The notes under the pieces: generated by a model
The model's input: only the letters and a program-made list of their open reading frames with translations
The model's database searches: none
Told to the model about the DNA's origin: nothing
NCBI GenBank assembly: GCA_963817895.1
Contig: CAWFQB010000004.1
Coordinates: 576,001-640,000 of the forward strand
Reading direction: 5' to 3'
Origin: an uncultured Chthonomonadaceae bacterium
GTDB taxonomy: Bacteria > Armatimonadota > Chthonomonadetes > Chthonomonadales > Chthonomonadaceae
Length of the DNA: 64,000 nt
In this document: in pieces, positions 1 to 10,856 of the stretch
How the letters are laid out: each line of letters opens with the position of its first letter
How positions within the stretch are numbered: the first letter of the stretch is position 1
Translations under genes and position numbers: made by a program

Positions 1-1128
1 GCTTCTCTGACGCCCGCCCCGGCAGAAGTTCATATTATCGCGGTTCCCACGCCCGTAAACAGCGACTTTTCGGGCCGCAAATCCCCGGATTTAAGTTATG
101 TGGATGCGGCGGCGCGAACGCTTGCCTCGGTTCTGCAACCGGGCGATCTGGTGGTTCTGGAATCTACCGTGCCGCCGAATACCTGCCTGCAACTCGTCGC
201 GCCTCTGATTTACCAATTGACCGGGCTGCGGCATGGCGAGGATTACGATCTGGCGCATTGCCCGGAGCGGGTGATTCCCGGTTCTATTCTGCATGAAATC
301 ATTGCCAATGACCGCATTATTGGCGGCACGACACCGGAAGCCACGCGCCGAACCGTAAACCTGTACGCTTCATTCGCGAAAGGCAGGCTGCTTGCCACCG
401 ACGCCACGACTGCGGAAACGTGCAAGCTGATGGAAAACACCTTTCGCGATGTAAATATCGCGCTTGCCAACGAGTTTGCCGCGATTTCGGAACGGCTTGG
501 CATTGACGCGGAGGAAGCGATACGGCTGGCAAACCACCATCCCCGCGTCAACATCCACGCGCCCGGTATAGGTGTGGGCGGGCATTGCATCCCCGTTGAC
601 CCCTGGTTCCTCGTTCATGCCGCGCCGGATGTCGCGCCCCTGATGCGAACCGCCAGAAGCATCAACGACGCCCGCCCGCAGCAAGTTGCGAATGAGATAT
701 TGCAAACCATGCGGCAGTATCCGGGTAAGCCGCCCGCGCTTCTCGGCCTGAGTTACAAGGCGGACGTGGACGATATACGCGAGTCTCCCGCGCTGGAAAT
801 CGCGCAGCGTATCGCGGCAGGCACAACCGCGCCCCTTTACGTTGTCGAACCGCACCTTTCCCGTCTTCCGCCTGCCCTACGCGCGTATTCAAATGTCCAA
901 TTCGTCACGCTGGAACACGCGCTGGAAGCAGGGGACATTATGGTGGGACTCGTCGGGCATAGCGTTTTTCGCCAGATAAGCCCAGAGCAATTACGGAACA
1001 AACTGCGGATTGATCCGCTGCATCTCTGGCCCGCGCAGAAGGACTTTCCGGCGGCAACCGCTGTTTGCCGCACTCGTGACAATCAGATAAACATAGTGGA
1101 AGAGTACATTCCCGCGCTTGCGGCGTGA
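1..1128 (+). CDS. wecC: Nucleotide-sugar dehydrogenase (UDP-ManNAc/UDP-GlcNAc dehydrogenase, WecC/WbpA-like), 5'-partial
   Basis: Frame 1 is open from base 1. Motifs: IAVPTP, VVLESTVPP, HCPERVIPG, KLMENTFRDVNIALANE, GVGGHCIPVDP (catalytic Cys), GLSYKADVDDIRESP. Confidence 0.88.
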   Translation, partial: ASLTPAPAEVHIIAVPTPVNSDFSGRKSPDLSYVDAAARTLASVLQPGDLVVLESTVPPNTCLQLVAPLIYQLTGLRHGEDYDLAHCPERVIPGSILHEIIANDRIIGGTTPEATRRTVNLYASFAKGRLLATDATTAETCKLMENTFRDVNIALANEFAAISERLGIDAEEAIRLANHHPRVNIHAPGIGVGGHCIPVDPWFLVHAAPDVAPLMRTARSINDARPQQVANEILQTMRQYPGKPPALLGLSYKADVDDIRESPALEIAQRIAAGTTAPLYVVEPHLSRLPPALRAYSNVQFVTLEHALEAGDIMVGLVGHSVFRQISPEQLRNKLRIDPLHLWPAQKDFPAATAVCRTRDNQINIVEEYIPALAA

Positions 1129-1130
1129 AA

Positions 1131-1253
1131 GTGCCAGGGATTGAAAACCCCTGTTTCAAAAAAGCAAGCGTCCTTCGGACGCAACCCTCTTGCAAAACTC
1201 CCGCGTCCGAAGGACGCTTGCACTTTCCTGCCGGGTGTTTTCAACACCCGGTC
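1131..1253. repeat. Palindromic REP/MITE-like element, family A
   Basis: Perfect inner inverted repeat GCAAGCGTCCTTCGGACGC (1164-1182) / GCGTCCGAAGGACGCTTGC (1203-1221), with outer CCAGGGATTGAAAACCCCTG and CCGGGTGTTTTCAACACCCGG hairpins. A related copy is at 34181-34351. Confidence 0.8.
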
Positions 1254-1330
1254 AACAGAGAAGGATTCTGGTTGTGTGGAGGCGAACAGGCAAGCAAGGA
1301 CGCGCCGCAATGCAAAGGCGCGGGTGATTT

Positions 1331-3346
1331 ATGCTTCCTGCACAGCCACAACACAATACTGGAGACGAGGCAGACGGCCTTCCTGCCGCCACAACAGGGG
1401 AACTGCGCAGCGTGAGCGGGCGCGTGGTAGCCCTTTCCATGCTGCTGATTGGCATGATGTGCTGGTGGATCGCGTACTCGGAAATCAAAACCTCCACAAC
1501 GGAGATTACCTGCACCGCCCTGCCCATCGGCGTGATTTTTGTCGTGTTTGTGGTTGCCTGCGTGAATGCCCTCGTTGCGAAGAAGTTGCCCCGTTTCGCC
1601 CTGTCGCCGGGAGAACTGGCGACGCTGTATATTCTGGTTGCCGTCGGTTCGTCCCTTGCGGGCATCGGCATGATCGGCTTTTTGACGCCCGCGATTGCCA
1701 ACCCCGTCTGGTTCACAAATGACAAGTGGGGCCGTTTTGCCGATTCTGTTCCCGCGTGGTGGTCGCCCCGTGACGCGAACGCGGTACGCGATTTCTATTT
1801 CGGCAACAGCACCTTGTATACGTGGCCGCATGTGCGCGCGTGGTTCTTTCCCATTGTGATCTGGGGTGGTTTCCTGTTTCTCCTGTTGCTGATGACCTTA
1901 TGCTTTGCCGTGATTTTGCGGCGACAATGGGTGGAGCATGAGCGGCTGAGTTTCCCGATTACGATTCTGCCGATAGCTATGACCGCGCAGCCCGGCGGCG
2001 TGGCCGGCCTGCTGCGCAATCGGATGTTTCTGTTTGGGTTCCTGTTGCCGGTGATACTGCAAAGCGTGAATAACCTGCACTGGCTGTTCCCCAATCTGCC
2101 GGAGATTCCCCTCAAACCCACCGCGAACGGCCCGCTCGACATCGGCGCGATGCTGAAAACGCCGCCCTGGAACGCGCTCGGCTATTTCCCGCTTGCTTTC
2201 CATCCCAACACCATCGGCCTGTCGTATCTGCTGGCAACGGATGTGTCGTTCTCCTGCTGGTTCTTCTATCTGGCGCGGAAACTGCTGGATGTGGCCTGCG
2301 TGACGTATGGTTATCGCGATCCGGGCGCGAGCAGCGCGAGTTCGCGGATGCCGTACATGCAGGAGCAGGGCGTGGGCGCGTGGCTGTGCCTTGCCGCCTT
2401 GTCGCTGTGGATGGCGCGGCGGCATCTGGCTTCGGTTGTACGGGGCGCGCTGCATCCCGACAAAGCCGATGACGCGCGGGAAGCCATGTCGTACCGGCTG
2501 GCCTTAGTGGGCTGCGGCTTCTGCTTTGCCTGCGCGACGGCGTTCGCGTGGTGGGGCGGATTGCCGCTCGGCGCGTCCGTTTTGCTGTTCGTTTTGTTCG
2601 CCGCGTACATGCTGGCGCTGACGCGCATCCGCGCGGAAGCGGGAACGGCCTGGCATTTCGGCCCGTTTGTCACGGCCCCCGAAATGGTGACGCGCATTTT
2701 CGGCCCCATGTCGCTCAACGTATCCGCTATAAGCGTTCTTGCCTATCACACCTGGTACAACATAGATTACCGTTCCGTCACCACGCCGCACCTGTTTGAA
2801 GCCTACAAAGTGGCGGAAGCGGGCAAACTGCACCTGCGGCGATTGACGGCGGCGATGGTTCTGGCGATGCTGGTGGGGATTGTCTGCGCGTCGTGGACAG
2901 TGCTGCACCTGTATTACATTTACGGGGCCAGTACCGCGCACGTCAACCCCTGGCGCATCAACATGGGCAAAATCCCGTATCAGGTCGCCAACAGCCACCT
3001 GTCGGGCAACCGGGTCGGCACGGACACATCGGGACTGACCGCGCTCGGCGTGGGCGCGTTAATTACGCTCTTGTTGCACTTCGCCCGCATCTCCCTCCCC
3101 AACTGGCCGTTTCATCCCGCCGGTTACGCCATTGCCAACACCTTTATTCCCGACTTGCTCTGGTTCCCGTTCTTTCTGGGCTGGCTGGCAAAAAGCCTGA
3201 TACTGCGCTACGGCGGCATGAGAGCGTACCGCAATTTCCTGCCGTTCTTTATCGGCCTGATACTGGGCGATTACGTGATCGCCAGCCTGTGGACGTTCGT
3301 AGGCATGTTCCTGAACATCGAAATGTACCGATGCTTCCCGAACTGA
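1331..3346 (+). CDS. DUF6785/DUF6784-type polytopic membrane protein (putative transporter)
   Basis: 671 aa with many TM segments. Family-typical motifs: ELATLY, ILRRQWVEHERLSFPI, IRAEAG, WPFHPAGYA, LRYGGMRAYR..PFFIGLILGD. Confidence 0.75.
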   Translation: MLPAQPQHNTGDEADGLPAATTGELRSVSGRVVALSMLLIGMMCWWIAYSEIKTSTTEITCTALPIGVIFVVFVVACVNALVAKKLPRFALSPGELATLYILVAVGSSLAGIGMIGFLTPAIANPVWFTNDKWGRFADSVPAWWSPRDANAVRDFYFGNSTLYTWPHVRAWFFPIVIWGGFLFLLLLMTLCFAVILRRQWVEHERLSFPITILPIAMTAQPGGVAGLLRNRMFLFGFLLPVILQSVNNLHWLFPNLPEIPLKPTANGPLDIGAMLKTPPWNALGYFPLAFHPNTIGLSYLLATDVSFSCWFFYLARKLLDVACVTYGYRDPGASSASSRMPYMQEQGVGAWLCLAALSLWMARRHLASVVRGALHPDKADDAREAMSYRLALVGCGFCFACATAFAWWGGLPLGASVLLFVLFAAYMLALTRIRAEAGTAWHFGPFVTAPEMVTRIFGPMSLNVSAISVLAYHTWYNIDYRSVTTPHLFEAYKVAEAGKLHLRRLTAAMVLAMLVGIVCASWTVLHLYYIYGASTAHVNPWRINMGKIPYQVANSHLSGNRVGTDTSGLTALGVGALITLLLHFARISLPNWPFHPAGYAIANTFIPDLLWFPFFLGWLAKSLILRYGGMRAYRNFLPFFIGLILGDYVIASLWTFVGMFLNIEMYRCFPN

Positions 3347-3431
3347 GGGCAAGAAGAGGAGACAAGGAGATTGGGAACCGCGAAATACGCTGAATACACG
3401 AAAAAAGATAAAAAATAAGAGAAGAACGAAT

Positions 3432-6311
3432 ATGAAAATTTATGGAATGGTGTTGTTGCTGTTGGTGGTTTTGTTGTTGATTGCGCTTACAGGGGCGGGC
3501 GCGAATGAGGCGAGGCTACGCTGTACGGCGGATACCAATGTGTCGTCCTATGAGGGTGAGCGGAATGCGAATTACGGGCAGAGTACGCGGCTGCGGTTGA
3601 AGGGCATTCAGATGCTCGCCCTGTTTCAGTTCGATACCGCGCCGATTGCAGGCTGGAAAGTGTCGAAGGCCACGCTGCATTTGCGCTATGCCAATGCGGA
3701 TCGAAAGCTGCGCACACTGGGTATATCCACCATCAGCGCGCCCTGGCAGGAAGGGACGGGCGTACAGGAGGCGAAGCCGGGAGAAACCAGTTTCCTGTGG
3801 CGAGAAAACGGCAAAACGCGGTGGACGGGGCCGGATACGGATTTTACGGATGTGTCGTATACGGCGGGACACACAATCGCAAGTTACGCCGACATTCGCA
3901 TGGAACCGGGCAAGGCGGGAGAAGAAGGCTGGTTTACGGTAAATGTCGAGCCGAAACTGGTGCAGGCATTGGTAGCGGGCGTGTCTTACGGGCTGGCGGT
4001 TTCGGATGAGAAGGGGCAAACCGCCGCCAATAACGACGTGTATTCGCGGGAACAGTCGAATTCACAACCCTATTTGACGGTAGAGGGTTCGCCGGACAAG
4101 AACGTCATTGTGGACGCTCTCGAAGTCAACGATTTTGCGCAAGATACACGTCATGCGGGATTTGGCGCGGGAGCCGTTCGCTTCACTCTGACGCCTCCAC
4201 GGGGCGCGTTTGCTTATAATGTGAGCGTGTCTTTGCCGGAAGGTCAACGTCCGCCAGTCGTTCCACGCTGTCAACTTCCGCTTGCAACGCCGGAGCAGCC
4301 ACAAACGCTGCTGCTCACAGGTTTACCGCCTGCACAGTGGATACAGGTGAAGTTGGAAGCCATAAGCGCAAGTGGTAAACCGAGTACCCCGCAATATTTT
4401 GCCTGCAAAACTTCGCCTGCCAAAAACGAACCTGCTGTGCTGCCCCGTCCTCCCATCGGCCCGCCCACAAACGCCTTTGCGCCTGCCAACGATGCTCTGC
4501 GCGTATGGGCGTACCCGGATACGGAGAAAGCCGATCCGGTTTACGGCAATTTGCTGGAAGAAGCGGGCGCGGCCCGGTATGCAATCTCAACAGGTCCTAA
4601 CTTTCGCCGAACGAACGCGGTTTGGAGCGGACAGACCATTCGCCTGAACGGGGCGCGGAATGAGATCATTGGCTTCAATTTGTTGATAGATGCCGTAAAG
4701 CCGACGCTTCATAATGTCCGCATAGAACGTGGAATGCTGTTTCAGGATGCGCGTGGAAAACCCGCGTGGAAATTGCAGGCAGACTTGTTCCGCGATTGGT
4801 ATGTGAAGGACGGCAACTGGTATCCCGAAATCTGCGTTCCGCTCACCAAGCCGTTTGACATTCCCACAACAGATAATGCGGTTCCCGGCCAGCGCAATCA
4901 GTCCGTATTTGTCGAGTTTCTGGTTCCGCGAACTGTTGCGCCGGGAACCTATCATAGCGGGATTACCGTTACCTCAGAGGGGAACACGCCCCTTCAAGTT
5001 CCGGTTGAACTTGTCGTCAATAATTTGACACTGCCGGATACCCTTGGCTTTGACATCAGCCTTAATACGTATGGCACGGTCGGGCAGTATTTCGGCATGG
5101 ACGACCATACGCCCGAATATCGCGCCCTCGAACGCGAGTATCACCGCATGGCGCACCGGCATCGAAGCACTCTGGCAATTCTGGGGTACTCCCATACCGG
5201 CAACATTTCCACCAATTACGCGCCGCCGTTGGCAGGGGAGGGCGCGAACCTGAGCGTAGCGGACTGGCAGGCGTGGGATACGCAGTTCGGGCCGTATCTG
5301 GATGGCACGGCGTTTGCCGATTTGCCCCGCGCCGGGGTTCCCATCACGCATTTCTATCTGCCATTCCACGAAGCCTGGCCGGGTGACATTCGCGGCCATT
5401 ACAAATACAAAGCCACAACAACGGATTACCCCGCCCTGATTGCGGAACACGCCCTGAATGCGCCACCGATTGCGCAGGCGTTGGACGCGGGTTTTGCAGC
5501 CGGGTTTACCAATGTCGCGCGTCAGTTTGCCGAGCATTTCAAGCAGAAGAATTGGACGCGAACGGATTTTCAGTTCTACCAGAATGACAAATACTACTAC
5601 AAAGACCCGAAAACGGGCGGCAGGGGAACGTCGTGGTGGCTGCTGGATGAGCCGAACCATCGGGATGACTGGCTGGCGCTTGCCTACTTCGACCGCCTGT
5701 TCGCGGTGGGAACGCGAACAGTGAAAGGCGTGTCCCTGCCCATGCGCGAAGACATATCTCGCCCGCAATGGCAGCGCGACTATCTGGACAATAACGTAGA
5801 TTTGATGGCAGTGAGCGGCGAATTGTTTACCAAAGGGCCGCGCCTGCGCGAAATGCAGGAGCAGTGGGGTGTTCGGCTGTGGAACTACGGCACGGCAAAC
5901 GCGGTCAATCGCTCGAATACGGAAGCGGAAGCGTGGGCCATCCGCGCATGGCTTGCGGGCGCGGACGCGGTTGTCCCCTGGCAAACAGTTGGCAGTGATG
6001 AGAACTACACAAAGGCGGAGGATACGGCCCTGCTGCTTCCTGGCAAGCGTTACGGCATTACCGGCCCGGTTGCCAGCCTGCGCCTGAAAGCCCTGCGCCG
6101 CGCCCAACAGGACGTGGAATATCTCCTCCTCCTCGCCAAATCCAGACATTGGGACAGAGAACAGGTCGGCGCTGCGCTGCGCAATCTGCTCACTACCAAC
6201 GGCGCGTTCCATAAAAACAATGCTGATGACGCGGGCAGTTATCAGTTCGGGACATTACGGGCGGGTAATTTCATGGATGTGAGACGGGGAGCGGCAATGG
6301 CAGCGAAGTGA
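3432..6311 (+). CDS. Secreted multidomain protein: N-terminal DNRLRE/CBM96-like domain, C-terminal GH123/DUF4091-like domain
   Basis: Signal peptide; ADTNVS...NYG...LFQFD...ATLHL (DNRLRE-like); RLNGARNEIIGFNL; C-terminal SLRLKALRRAQQDVEYL (DUF4091-like). Confidence 0.6.
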   Translation: MKIYGMVLLLLVVLLLIALTGAGANEARLRCTADTNVSSYEGERNANYGQSTRLRLKGIQMLALFQFDTAPIAGWKVSKATLHLRYANADRKLRTLGISTISAPWQEGTGVQEAKPGETSFLWRENGKTRWTGPDTDFTDVSYTAGHTIASYADIRMEPGKAGEEGWFTVNVEPKLVQALVAGVSYGLAVSDEKGQTAANNDVYSREQSNSQPYLTVEGSPDKNVIVDALEVNDFAQDTRHAGFGAGAVRFTLTPPRGAFAYNVSVSLPEGQRPPVVPRCQLPLATPEQPQTLLLTGLPPAQWIQVKLEAISASGKPSTPQYFACKTSPAKNEPAVLPRPPIGPPTNAFAPANDALRVWAYPDTEKADPVYGNLLEEAGAARYAISTGPNFRRTNAVWSGQTIRLNGARNEIIGFNLLIDAVKPTLHNVRIERGMLFQDARGKPAWKLQADLFRDWYVKDGNWYPEICVPLTKPFDIPTTDNAVPGQRNQSVFVEFLVPRTVAPGTYHSGITVTSEGNTPLQVPVELVVNNLTLPDTLGFDISLNTYGTVGQYFGMDDHTPEYRALEREYHRMAHRHRSTLAILGYSHTGNISTNYAPPLAGEGANLSVADWQAWDTQFGPYLDGTAFADLPRAGVPITHFYLPFHEAWPGDIRGHYKYKATTTDYPALIAEHALNAPPIAQALDAGFAAGFTNVARQFAEHFKQKNWTRTDFQFYQNDKYYYKDPKTGGRGTSWWLLDEPNHRDDWLALAYFDRLFAVGTRTVKGVSLPMREDISRPQWQRDYLDNNVDLMAVSGELFTKGPRLREMQEQWGVRLWNYGTANAVNRSNTEAEAWAIRAWLAGADAVVPWQTVGSDENYTKAEDTALLLPGKRYGITGPVASLRLKALRRAQQDVEYLLLLAKSRHWDREQVGAALRNLLTTNGAFHKNNADDAGSYQFGTLRAGNFMDVRRGAAMAAK

Positions 6312-6430
6312 TTCGTTCTGTATCTGTCCCACATTGTCAGCGCGACGGTCTAAATCTATTCGCGCGCTTATATGTATGCCTGTTGCATTTATTCGCGTGT
6401 ATTTGCGTTCATTCGCGGCTAACCTCGTCT

Positions 6431-7247
6431 TCACGCGGTTCCGGCGAAATTGGAGTTGTCGCCGAGGCCTTCGCTGCCTAACGCGAGGTAGCCGCCGTCT
6501 ACGGGGAGTTCCGCGCCTGTGATAAAACTGGCGTCATCGCTGCATAAGAACAGAATGGCGCGGGCAATTTCGCGCGGTTCGGCGCAACGCCGCAGCATGG
6601 AAAAGCGGCCCCAGATCGGTTCCCATCTGGCCCGGTCGCCCTGCGCGGCTTTGTCCACTTCCGGGCGTCCATGTCCAGCCGGGGCTGACCACGTTGACGC
6701 GGATGTTATCGGTTGCCATGTCCAGCGCCTGGCAGCGCGTCAGGGCGAGAATGGCTCCTTTGCAGGCGTTATAAGTCCAGCGATTAGGTTGGGCGATATG
6801 GGCGGATATGCTGCTGATATTCACAATCGCGCCGCCACCTGATTGTTTCTGCGAACCGGTTTGCTTCATCAGGGGATGACACGCCTGCGCCATGTTCGCG
6901 TTGCCCTGCACGTTCACGCTCAGGCTACGCTCCCAATCGGGCGGCGTCGCGTCCAAACCCTTGCCGATGAAACTGACCGCGCTGTTGACCAAGTAATCCA
7001 GTCGCCCCTGCTGTGACGCAAATCCCAGGGCGGCAGATTGACATTGGGCGGCATCGGATACATCTACGCGGGCAAAAATCGCTTTGCCACCCTCCTGCCG
7101 CAACTCCCCCGCAAGATTTTCGCCCGCTTCCGCGTTGATGTCGAAAACGGCAACCGCTACGCCCTCGCGAACAAACTCGCGGGCTGTCGCCTCTCCAATT
7201 CCCGACGCGCCCCCGGTTACAATCGCCGTTCTCCCATTCCAATTCAT
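6431..7247 (-). CDS. SDR family oxidoreductase (one frameshift near 6660)
   Basis: [12 protein letters not shown] and YNACK (YxxxK). The C-terminus [14 protein letters not shown] is in another frame (ORF 6431-6658). Confidence 0.85.
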
Positions 7248-7321
7248 GTTGTTTCTCCTCTGTCACTAAAGATATAAAAGCAGCGACAACCGCCATCGGA
7301 TGTCACTGAACCCGCGGAAAA

Positions 7322-7350
7322 GGGAACATTACTCGGAATTCCTCTGTCTA
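7322..7350 (+). promoter_or_regulatory. Putative ECF-sigma promoter
   Basis: GGAAC-N17-TGTCTA upstream of the Gly/Tyr-rich gene. Confidence 0.4.
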
Positions 7351-7482
7351 TCATGTAACGAGTTGAACGGCTTATCTGTCTGCACCATCGCCTTACAAAG
7401 CGGCTGGCAGGAGAGGCGTTAATTATGTAAGACAGACTCGTTGCGCGCCAGGCAGCGCGCGTTTATGCCAGGAGGCTTTACC

Positions 7483-8046
7483 ATGATTTCGAGAACATCT
7501 GATACCTTGCGAAAAGCAGGGAATCCATTGATACTGCGACGTTCCCTTGCGCTTGCCGGCAGCCTGTCGGCGCTGCTTCTACTGTTGGCGGGGACACAGG
7601 CCGACGCCAAACAGGCGCATTTTCGTTATAACGGAGGGCGCTGGGGCCATGAGCGTCATGCGGGCTGGAATCGCTACTGGGGTGGCCCCTCCATCGGTTT
7701 CTATTACGCGCCCTCTCCTGTTTACGTCGTTCCCGGCTACGCGGCTTCGTCCTACTATAGCGGGCCTGACTTTTGGACTTCCAATCCATCGTTCGGCATA
7801 AGCCTCAACTTTGGCGGCGGCGGATATTACGGTGGGGGTGGCTACTATCCGGGTAGGTACAGCGGCAGGGATTACCATCGAGGCTACTATGGCGGCAGCG
7901 GGGCGCGCTACCACGTCAGCCCCTCCTACAATGGCGGACACACCTACGGCGGCGGCCACACTTATGGTGGTCAGACGGGTCACACTTATGGCGGCGGGCG
8001 CTCCTCGGGAGGCGAACGCTCCTTTGAGGGTCGTGGGCGCAGATAA
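7483..8046 (+). CDS. Secreted Gly/Tyr-rich low-complexity protein
   Basis: GGAGG RBS before ATG 7483; signal-peptide-like hydrophobic segment ending ADA; GGHTYGG repeats. Confidence 0.7.
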   Translation: MISRTSDTLRKAGNPLILRRSLALAGSLSALLLLLAGTQADAKQAHFRYNGGRWGHERHAGWNRYWGGPSIGFYYAPSPVYVVPGYAASSYYSGPDFWTSNPSFGISLNFGGGGYYGGGGYYPGRYSGRDYHRGYYGGSGARYHVSPSYNGGHTYGGGHTYGGQTGHTYGGGRSSGGERSFEGRGRR

Positions 8047-8077
8047 GATTCAAAGCCACTTTTATAAGCGTGTCTAT

Positions 8078-8115
8078 CAAGCGTCAGGCAAATTTGCGAG
8101 TTTGCCTGACGCTTG
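8078..8115. terminator. Hairpin between convergent genes (likely bidirectional terminator)
   Basis: CAAGCGTCAGGCAAA / TTTGCCTGACGCTTG perfect stem. Confidence 0.6.
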
Positions 8116-8197
8116 CCGTTTGGCCTGTATGAATTCTTTACCCTGTTCGCGCCTGTTCTGAAGCGTAGCAAGCGTGGTACAGGTTATGAAACTGTGC

Positions 8198-10722
8198 CTA
8201 CTTTGCCCCCTGATGCAGCCGAATGACCGTGTAGGAGTAGGGCGCGACGTTCAGCGTAAAATGTTCGCCTGCGTCGTTCAGCGTGGAAGAGACGCTGCGG
8301 GTTTGTTCGGGAGTGTCGGGCGTGTTGACGGCCTTTAAGTCGCCGCTGAGTGTCCACACATCGGCGCGGGGCGCGACATTGCTAAATCCCGAAAGGGAAA
8401 TGGGAAGGGTATGGGAAGCGTTGCCGATGTTGACGATGTGCAGCGCGAGGGTTTTGCCGTCTTCGCTGCGCGTGGCGGTCACGTCTATATCCCCATTCGC
8501 GATTTTCGATTTTACTCTCCACGCAAAGCGGCTGATAGTTACTCGCCGCCATCTGCTGCGCGTAAAAGGGCGGCATGCCCCATACTTTATCGGGCGTGAA
8601 GAAGATCTGGCCCTGATCCCAGCCGTTGTCGTTTTGCAGCCAGGGCTGAAGGCAGTTGGCGGGGCAGTCCATCAGGACAAAATCGCCATGCCGCTGCGTG
8701 ACATTCAGGATATGCGCGTGTCCGAGCGCGCGCTGCAGGTCGTGCCGTCCGCCGTTCTCCTCGAAAATGCAGGCTTTCAGTTTGGTTCCGGGCGACCATG
8801 CTTGAAACAACTGCCGCATCTGCGTTAATTGCCGGTCTACGTTCGCGCCCTCGCGCAGATCGTCGCCCCCGACATGAACATCCCATAGCGCGGCTTTGTC
8901 GCCCAATTCCTGCACAATCTGCTTGCAGAACGGTTCTTCCGGTCGCCACCACGCCGCAATTACGAATTGAAGTTCGGGATTGCGCGTTGTGCATCGCCGC
9001 GTACAGCAGTTTGAACCGTTCAAGATAGCGGGCATACCAATGCTTTGTTGCCGTCAATGGCTTCCTCGTTGCCGATTTCGATATATTTGACATGGTAGGG
9101 CGCGGGATGGCCGTTCTGAGCGCGGACTTTGCCCCATCGCGAAGTTTCGGGGCCGTTCAGATACTCCACCATATCGGCTACGTCTTCGGGCGTTTCGTCG
9201 ATGTTGATGGCAAACGCGGGTTCGATATGCGCGGCCTCGCAAAACTGCAAAAACTCTTCAATGCCGAATCCGTTGGTGGACTGCGGGATTCCACCAGCCT
9301 TTTACCTGCGGGCGTTTGTCGCGCGGGCCGAGCATGTATTTCCAGCGATAGGTGGGCGCGTTTACCATCGAGCCGCCGTAGCGCAGAAACGTCAGTCCCT
9401 GTTTTACGAAGGCGTTGGCAATGTCGGCGCGAATGGGCAGATTGTGAAACAAATCCTTCCCGGTCGGCATGAGTTCCACGTAATCTATCCACAGCGTACC
9501 CGGCGTGTCAATCCAGAGGGCAAAGCGGGCACGCGGATCAGAAGTGTTCGAGCTGCAGGGTAAAGTCGCGGCGCGTCCATTCGGAGCTTACCGAGCGTAA
9601 GTTCCTGTCGGGCATACGTGCGGCTGCCATCCGCGCTTTGCAGAGCAACCGTGACGTGTCCCGCAAAATTCTGCCCGACGCAGGTAAACGTACCCCTGTG
9701 AACTGCTGCCCCTTACGCGACAGCAATTCCCCAACGGTTCAGGCCGCTATTGGCGACTCCCGCGATACCTTCGTCCTTCTCCTCGCTCGATGCGCTGCGA
9801 ATAGGCGGTATTGTAGGCGTCCTTGCTGATCCCACGTATAGCGCGTGGGCGCGTTCCCCGTTTGTACCCGGTCCCACATTCCGCTGATGGTGTCGCTGCC
9901 TGCGGGTATAGTGGACTGTTGTAGCGTGTCTGTCGGTTTTGCCCTGCGCGGTTGTGATGACGCAGATTGCGAAAGGCGGCGTTTGTATTCCAGGTGCGCA
10001 GCCCGGCCTTGCCCGCTAGAATAGCGTCCGCGCCGTCCGTATATTCCAGTTGCGGGGTTGCCGCGTTATCCAGCGTGACGCGCAGGGTCGGCCCGGTCAG
10101 TTCCACGCGCAGATGATGCCATTTTCCCGGCTGAATATCGGCGGGAACGGTTTTGAGCAGATGCCAGTCGTCGCGATGCCGGTGCAGCGCGAGATTATGG
10201 TCACTCGCGCTCAGGCTGACCTCGTAGCCCGTCCAGGTATCCGCGCCGACGCGGGGATTGGACACGCGAACAATCAGCGCGGCATTTCCCGCGCGGGCGT
10301 CCGCGAATTGCAGATCACACTCTACAACGCCGTCTCGGATTTCCCCGTCACCGCGCACCAGTTTCGCGCCCGCATCCGCCTCCACATGCAAGGCCTCGTC
10401 CTGAACGCGCCACTGCCCGCCATACGCCATCCAGATCGGAAGCGGGCTGCGGGAAAGCGGCGGCTCCTCGAAACTCTCCCCGAAAATCAACTGCGCGTAC
10501 AGCCCGCCATAAATCTCATGGTTGACATCTTCGATACACGACCCGGTCATCCAGGGCGTGATACGGTTCGTCACTTTGTCCGCATTGACATGAATAGTTC
10601 ATTGGCGTACTGTTGGACGCAGACGTTTGCCCGCATAGCTGTAACTGCGACTGACATAACAGACAAAGCGTTAAACAGGTAGATTCCGGTTCAACCGGCA
10701 TATAAAAAACCCCGGCTGTCAT
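8198..10722 (-). CDS. Alpha-L-arabinofuranosidase (GH51-like) with an inserted DUF1080-like beta-sandwich domain; multiple frameshifts; start uncertain
   Basis: EDVNHEIYGGLYAQLIFGESFEE, FLRYGGSM, YIEIGNEE (acid/base), IFEENGG, C-terminal NTPDTPE...VAPYSYTVIRL. These are distributed over several frames. Confidence 0.8.
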
Positions 10723-10856
10723 GGCCTGCGGCCAACCGTCCTGCGGACGAAGATTGCGCTACGTTCATAGGAATTTGCCTGTAATTGGGAATGTCGGTGA
10801 GAAGAGCGCATTTTCGGCGCAACGTTTCATCCTTCATTCTTCATCCTTCATCCTTT

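Noticed and set aside
4974..6212. Long antisense ORFs (e.g. 4974-6212, 36787-37779, 38458-39531, 60391-61632)
   Set aside because: They are shadows of GC-rich genes on the opposite strand, with no recognisable motifs.
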